From the human T2T-CHM13v2.0 reference genome, Homo sapiens: a stretch of DNA of 64,000 nucleotides. Both the position numbers and the translations under genes were made by a program. The stretch lies in the NCBI RefSeq assembly GCF_009914755.1, contig NC_060932.1; one strand, 5' to 3'. Positions 57,020-64,000 of this stretch are shown one piece after another; position 1 is the stretch's first letter; every line of letters begins with the position of its first letter. The notes under the pieces are model-generated. The model saw nothing but the letters and a program-made list of their open reading frames with translations. It did not search any database and had not been told where the DNA came from.

Positions 57020-57376
57020 GTGGTTACCCATGTGGAATTCAAGTTGGTACCAAAATTGATTTCTATTCTAGCTTTGCTTTTTATTAGCTTGGCTGACCTT
57101 CAGCAAGATCCTTCATGTTCATCAGCTCCAACTTTTGTATATGTAAACTGGAGATAATAACTTCCACACGTGGATTACTTCATATCATAATCACTGCACA
57201 TATGCCATCATCCTGTTAAATTTAGTATGTGTATGTTGTATATACATACTATATATGTGATGTATTATCCATGTGGAATTGGAGTTGAGACCAAAATTGA
57301 TTCATATTCCAGCTTTGCTATTTATTAGCTGGGTGACCTTCAGCAAGATTTTTAATGTTTATCAGCTCCAATTTTT
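57020..57376 (+). repeat. Locally duplicated MIR-derived segment (copies ~57024-57136 and ~57265-57376)
   Basis: Both copies share ccatgtggaatt...accaaaattgatt...agctttgct...tttattagct...tgaccttcagcaagat...atcagctccaa. Confidence 0.9.
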
Positions 57377-58859
57377 GGAGCTGATAAACATACACATACT
57401 AAATTGACAAAGAAAGTGACTAACCACCATTTTAAAATATCCTTTCTTTTCCTTCCACTTCATACACTAACTCAGAAGGGTTGTGTTTGTTTTTGTTTTT
57501 GTTTTTTTTTAAAAAGAAGTCCATAATTACATTTTAACTTAGTATTAAAATTTTTTTTGGACAGACTAAATGATTATTTATTTTGCAATGTTAGATATTA
57601 ATATGACTTAATCATTACTCCCTTAAAGAAGTAGAGGAAGTGTTAATAGTAACCTTACTGAAGCTCTCTACTGACCATTTTGGAAACTGCAGCCCATTTT
57701 TCTATTCTCCATTTAATATAATTAATACCTTGTTTTCATTTGGAAAATGTGCGGGATTATCAAAATCCCCAAAAGAATTAAACAGAGCCAACGTTAGAGA
57801 TATTGTAATCTGAAATTACTTAAAAAAGCAATCAAATATTTAATTTCCTGCTTGAAATAAATTATTTCTTTCTAATTTCAATTTCCAATAGATGTTGAGT
57901 ATTAATTATGACTCTCATTATGCTAATTGGAAACAAATGTACTTTCATGATGGTATTAGCTTAAATTATATATATTTAAAATTAAACATATATTTAACTA
58001 TATATAATTTCAAATATATATAGTATATATTTGCAACTGAAAACAACAGCACATTGAAGACGGTTCATTTATATTTTCTTTATCTGAATAGCTTCTTAAC
58101 AAAATGTCAATGACTAAAAGACAGGAACTTATAAATAAGTTATATTTTAGACAATTCTCAAGGTCAACAATTGTGTACAAGCCTGTGTAAAATTTAGATT
58201 TCAATTTCTTAAGCAAAAATTATTATCAGAGTGATATGGTTAACAGACAAAACATTGAAACAGCCTTTATTCATCATTGAGAATAACTGGTACCAAGTAG
58301 ATTACTGTTGATCTGTCTGCATTTTTGGATTGGCATGACTATTTTTAAATAAGATGGTTTCTAGTATACAATATGATCTGGGTGGGATAATATTATAAGC
58401 TCTATTTAATAACACCTTAAATTTAAAAACTGCCTTATTATTTTTTTAACTAATACATTTTATGCTGGATTTTTCCAACACAAAATGTGCACACATCTAC
58501 TCTATAGGTTGAAAGGGCATTTTTAGCTGCCCATTTTCATGGAGGATGGGAAAATAGAGGCCCAAAGACATTGAGCAGCCTGCTGAAAGCCACAACATTA
58601 ATAAATAATGGATGTATATTTTTATGTGAGGTGAATGATTTTTTCCCATTACACTATGCTGCATTTCATCACTATGGAAATTATAATTTCCATAGCTATC
58701 CAAAGTTCTTGGGAAATGGAATACATTAAAAAAATGACTTATTAAAGGTTAGGAAAAAGGACAGAAGTATCTGGAGCTGAAGATGCTGCTTCCCATTGCT
58801 GGAGCTGCTCTTCCAGGTGCAGGGCCTTGATTATTAACATGAGTAATGAGAATAGTGTT

Positions 58860-59880
58860 TGATTTTATGCTGATAACTCTCACAATTATCTCCAGTCCAA
58901 ATCTCCTCTGTGCTTCAGATTTATATACCCAAATGCCTGTTGAACATCTCCATTTAGATGCCTCATGGGAATCTCAAATTTCACGTATCCAAAATGGGCT
59001 TCATGCTTTTCTTCCCAGTTTTTGCCATCTTAATAACCGGCAGCATTTTACCAATTGTTGAAAGGAGAAAGTTGGGAATTGTCCTTATTTCTGTGACTCC
59101 TCTTATTCTTTTTTTTTCCTGATTCATCTGTGGATTATACCATATCTACCCCCAAACTATACTGCACATTTGCGCCCTTCTTTCAATCTCCATTGCTACC
59201 ACCTTATTTCAAACCAACCAAGTCTCTCACTAGGATGCTGCAATATGCCCCTACTTGGAATACCTATTTCCATTTTTGCCTCCTTGTAATCCATTAGTCT
59301 ACATAGCAAGAGTGATAATCTTAAAAGGTAAATCATAACATGTCACTCCCAGTTTAAATGTTTCAACTGACTCTCATTTTGTTTATAATATCATCCATGT
59401 CCTAAAATGTCTAGGTGTCCTGGCTTAGTGCACACTATACTACAGCTAAAGAGGCTTCTTTTCAGTTCCTTGAAACAAAGCAAATCTATTTCTTTTATTT
59501 ATTTATTATTTTTATTATACTTTAAGTTCTGGGTTACACGTGCAGAACGAGCTAGAAGAAGGGAGTAAGTGTAGAAATAGATTTGCTTCATAACGAAATG
59601 AAGATGAAGCAAATCTATTTCTACACTTGCTCCCTTCTTCCAGTCTTACGTTAAATGTCACAGCCTCAAACAGCCTTTTATTTTTTAATCTCCAGTTTTT
59701 AATAGCGTTTATGCAAAATAATTACTGAACAGGATATTTGCTTCTTTATTATTTATGAAGAACAAAAATTTCTTCTGTATAGAGGTTATAACTATTTGTT
59801 CATTAATGGTTCCTAGTGTATTGTGCAATCTGTAGCATCTAGAAAGTGCTGAGTAAGTGCTAGTTGAATTAATTAATTAG
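58860..59880 (+). mobile_element. L2 fragment with 3' end, interrupted by a short L1
   Basis: atctccagtccaaatctcctct...aacatctccatttagatg...tccattagtctacatagcaagagtgataatctt...aaatgtcac...agtgctgagtaagtgctagttgaatt. Confidence 0.75.
59494..59549 (-). mobile_element. Extremely 5'-truncated L1PA7/8-like insertion with a 16-bp TSD
   Basis: ttttattatactttaagttctgggttacacgtgcagaacg is the reverse complement of the L1PA 3' terminus; TSD aagcaaatctatttct at 59478-59493 and 59607-59622. Confidence 0.85.
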
Positions 59881-61939
59881 GTTGAAGTAGAAAACTCACC
59901 AGGAAGCAAGATCCAATTGAAAGGGCCTCTCCAGACTATTTGCATCTCTCTCAGAACCCTTTGTAGAGACAACTTCATGTGAAAGATCTCCTTGTATTAT
60001 TTTAAACTAGATCTCATTGCATAGGTTTACCCATGGATTAAAATCTTTTCCTATGGTCATAGCTCTGCTAAAAGGATTCTAAAATGCTAAAAACAATTCC
60101 TCATTTCAAAGCTGGGTTTTGCAGATATTTATTGTCTGAACCACTGCTAGCATCATTTCAACACAGCAATGAAATTCATTGAGAGTGTGGTTCCCTGTAT
60201 TTTATAATATATGTCCTCATATATTATAAAAGTTCAAAATCCTCATGGGCTTACAGTCAAAGGTTAATTGAAATTAGTCATAACAAATTTCAAAATTATG
60301 ATTGGAGCTCTACTCCACCAGTCTCTTCCACTCCTTATGTGAGTCAGAATGACACAAATCAACATTAAAACTTGAGTTAAAGAATAAATTGACAGCTGTT
60401 TATTAGATTTTTGTTTTTGATAAGGATACTATATATTATCAGGGAATCCATCATAAAATACAAAACTTGTGCATTCTTCACTTAATCTAAAAACAATGAA
60501 ACTTGAATTTTTAATGAATTACATGATATGATAATGTTTTAAAGGTAGCCCTGCTTTTCAACTTTGGCTATTACTACAACCAGAGCATTGTGCAGAGACA
60601 GCATGTGACTTTTGAAATAAAAATCGTATGCTGATTTTTAAAAAAACCTTTAGAGCAGGAAGTTTATTTCTAATTTATCCCATGTAAATCAGAGTATTGC
60701 ATGATTCGTTCAATTTATGAATGCATTTAATAGTTGTATAATATTTATGGAAAATCAAATATGCAATTTTTCATTTATTTTTCTCTCCAGTTGAGTAGGA
60801 TTGCTTTTATTTTATAAAAGAAATTTCAACATAGATGTTTTGGTATTACACACCCTATAGCTATAACCCAAACTGCCACAGCTAGTATGCCACATGTTCT
60901 GTTACTAAAACAGAGCCACAAAGCTGGAGAAAAGTAAAGTAAAGCAAAAACAATACTCTATTGATGGCGCTTTCACAAAATTGTAAATTTACTGGAAGCA
61001 TGCCAAATCGTAACACTTGACTTCATATTCATTCTATTGCTATAAACCAGGGCTAGCATAAAGCAACTTTCACTGCACAATGGCTGCAGTTTTTGCTTAA
61101 AATTAATTGCACATGTGTTTAATTATATAGCAGCTCTTGGAAGTGATTATATAAAATGTTATTTCTTCTTAGTCTTGCTTGGATCTCTCAAATTATAGTT
61201 CTCTAACTCTGAAAGCAACAATGAATTTTAATAAAGGGCAGGGCTTGCAAATTACTGTTGCCTGGCTGCTGCTGCCAGTGACTGAAGAGCCTCTTTTAAA
61301 AACTGAATGAGGTTCTATTGTCTTTGTTTACTTGCAAGTGAGAAGGAACTACAATTACTTGATTAGGCCTCCAGGGGGCACTCTGAAAAAGACTAGATGA
61401 TACTCCTTTGAAGTATTTCTGGAGATGCCACCATCTTGGAAATGCCATTGACATATGATTGTTCAAAGGCTTTCTTTGATATTTCCTTTTATTCTGAAAA
61501 ATTTCCAAAAAGCAATATTATCTGCATTCTCAAAGAACTTGGTAAGCACTTATGTCAAGGTTGCCTAGTTTTTCCATCATTCTTAGAACCTTATGTAGTT
61601 CAGGCACACTGAAATAGATGAATTATCTTTGGTTCAAACTGCCAAATCTAGCTGTATTCAATTTGGACGCAATGTAAAATAGCAACTTATCTGTAGGTAT
61701 AGACTTTATACTAACATATAGTATAGGTTTGAATATATAGCTCTACAATGAAGCTGAAAGGAGAACGTACACTTGAATCAATTTCAAAATCAATACATTT
61801 TTCACCTGAGCAATTGTCCAAGTATTTGGCACTTTGTTAGAACAAACCTAGTATTTGGCAATTTATGGAATTACAGAAGAATAAGATTTCGCTGGTGACT
61901 CAGTTTACAGAGAAACCCATATTTTTTCAACTGAATTGA

Positions 61940-62180
61940 AAAATAAGTTCTAGAGTTCTGTACTACTGTAAGATGACTGTACTTAACAATAATACAGTAT
62001 AGTTTCTAGTAAATAGCCAGAAGGAGGATACTGAACATTCTCATCCCCCGAAAATGATAAATGTTTGAAATGATATATATGCTAATGACCTGACCTGATC
62101 ACTATGAATTATATGTATTGAAACATCACTATGTAGCCCATGAATATGTACAAATATTTGTCAATTTTTTAAATTTTTAA
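61940..62180 (+). mobile_element. L1MA5-like 3' end
   Basis: aataagttctagagttctg...atagccagaaggaggatactgaacattctc...aaatgataaatgtttgaaatgat...aacatcactatgtagcccatgaatatgtacaa. Confidence 0.8.
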
Positions 62181-62202
62181 AATGTGTTTTTATAATTATC
62201 TA

Positions 62203-62466
62203 TTTTATTTATTTACTTATTTCCTGAGACAGAGTCTCTGCTCTGTTGCCTGGGCTGGAGTTCAATGGTACAATCATGGCTCACTGCAGCCTCCACCATG
62301 GACCTCTTGGGCTCAAATGACCCTCTTGCCTGAGCCACCATGACCATCTAATTTTTTTTTTTAGAGATGGAGCCTCACTTTGTTGTCTAGGCTGGTCTCA
62401 AATTCCTGGGCTCAAGTGATCTTTCTGCCTCTGCCTTCCAAAGTGTGTGAGTCACTGCACCTGGTC
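62203..62466 (-). mobile_element. AluJ with internal deletions
   Basis: gagacagagtctc...atcatggctcactgcagcctc...cctgggctcaagtgatc...gagtcactgcacctggtc. Confidence 0.88.
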
Positions 62467-63319
62467 AAATGCTCTCTATATATGTTAATTTTTATCCAAT
62501 ATAATTAAATATATAATTAAAATATCATATACCACTGAAGCGTTTATAGTGAAAATTTAGTTCTTAAATTCAAACCTTTCTACTTCCTCAGTCCAGCTCC
62601 ATCAAGACAAAATCTTTTAACATTTTTTGACTTTTTTATTCCAATGGTAGTTAAACTAAACATTTGTAGATAACATGTACAGACTTCTCTTCCTTGTTTT
62701 ATCTACTTTTAAACATGTACTATTAAATTTTTCTTATATAGGTGAGAGTTTCACTCTTTAACAATGTACTATCTCCTCCTCCTGTCCTCTTTTCATAAGT
62801 ATGCATCTATTTTTAGTTAAATCAATGATGGGTGTTTATGAATTGGCTCCTTCACTGGAGATTCAACTTGTCAACAAATATATATATTTCCTCTGTGGAG
62901 TAAACCTCTATTTCCCCCCTATACTCACACTTATTAATCACCTCTTTTTTCACTTGCATAATTTTCTGTCGTAATATTTTTTCCCAAATGCTCTGCCAAT
63001 TTCATCATGAAGAGGTAGGTATCTTAGATTTATGTTTTTCCCTGGAAATCTCCTTTCCAAAATTTTTAACTCTGCCCCAAGCTTTTCCAGTTTATCTTAA
63101 ATTGTCCTATTTTATTAGAGGAAATTAGTGCCCTAGATAAAAAGACTTCACTGACACATTTCACAGGCTAAGGAAGAGCCAGAGAGCTTCATGGTATTTC
63201 CCTATATCACAGAACTCACATATCACAAATGTAATCTTGGGTTTTTGGCTCTTACCCCAGGTACTGTTCATTTTTTAACAAAATAAGGTACATATGTTTT
63301 CTATTTGAAATCATAGAAA

Positions 63320-63695
63320 CATTCTTTATCACAAAACAAAAAGCTTTACAAATTAAGCTTATAAAGTAAAAAAGTTATACTAAAATAATATTAATTTATT
63401 ATTGAAGTAAGAACAATTTTTAAATAAATTTAGTATGCCTAAATGTACTGGATTTTAAAGTTCTCAGTAGTGTACACTAATGGACTAGGTTTTCACATTC
63501 ACTCAGACTCATTCAGTGACTCAGCCAGAGGAACTTTCAGTCCTACAAGCTCCATTCATGGTAAGTGCCCTCTACAGGTGTCCTATTTTAAAAAATATTT
63601 CATATGGTATTTTTACTATACATTTTCTATGTTTAGATGTACATGTACTTACCATTCTGTTACCATCATCTGCAGTATTCAGTATGGTAACATGC
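63320..63695. mobile_element. Tigger3 (Golem/MER7)-type DNA transposon, interrupted by THE1
   Basis: aagctccattcatggtaagtgccctctacaggtgt...ttttctatgtttagat...cagtattcagtatggtaacatgctg. Confidence 0.85.
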
Positions 63696-63896
63696 TGTAT
63701 TAGTCCATTTTCACACTGCTAATAAAGATATACCCGAGACTGGGCACTTTACAAAAGAAAGACGTTTAATTGGACTTACACAGTTCCACATGGCTAGAGA
63801 AGCCTCACATTCATGGCAGAAGGCAAGGAGGAGGAAGTCATGTCTTACATGAATGGCAGCAGGCAAAAAGAGAGAGAGCTTGTGCAGGGGAACTCC
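63696..63896 (-). mobile_element. THE1 (B/C) MaLR LTR, 3' part, interrupted by an Alu
   Basis: tgtattagtccattttcacactgctaataaagatatacccgagactggg...catggcagaaggcaaggagg...gagcttgtgcaggggaactcc. Confidence 0.92.
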
Positions 63897-64000
63897 TTTT
63901 TTTTTTTTGGAGACAAAGTCTCACTCTCTGGCTCAGGCTGGAGTGCAGTGGCGTGATTTCGGCTCACTGCAACCTCCACCTCTCGGGTTCAAGAGATTCT
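63897..64000 (-). mobile_element. AluS right arm (cut off by the window end)
   Basis: T run followed by gagacaaagtctcactct...ggctggagtgcagtggcgtgatttcggctcactgcaacctccacctc. Confidence 0.93.

Larger units (their letters stand above)
32822..64000 (-). other. CSMD3: CSMD3 intron upstream of the exon (partial)
   Basis: No further CUB/Sushi coding sequence recognised; repeat-rich. Confidence 0.8.

Overview
AT-rich primate (most likely human) genomic DNA, not prokaryotic. It lies inside the giant neuronal gene CSMD3, transcribed on the minus strand. The only protein-coding sequence I can support is one 195-bp internal exon (32627-32821, minus strand, phase 1-1) encoding the first Sushi/CCP domain; by my recollection of the protein this is exon 4. 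The rest is intron filled with transposon fossils: seven Alus, L1 and L2 fragments, MIRs, MaLR/ERV LTRs, a MER21 LTR plus ERVL-type internal region with decayed RNase H and integrase motifs, and the DNA elements MADE1, MER53, Tigger3 and Tigger4. Almost all ORFs in the track are chance or repeat-derived. I found no evidence of a new multi-gene biological system. The most unusual signals are several fold-back/template-switch scars: a micro-L1 carrying a 37-bp inverted copy of its own flank, a duplicated MIR with two inverted patches, and a palindrome-creating lesion in an AluSp. Also of note are a ~250-bp tandem duplication, a miR-548-type MADE1 hairpin and sense-oriented LTR signals. Repeat subfamilies were assigned from memory of consensus sequences, and boundaries of old repeats are approximate.
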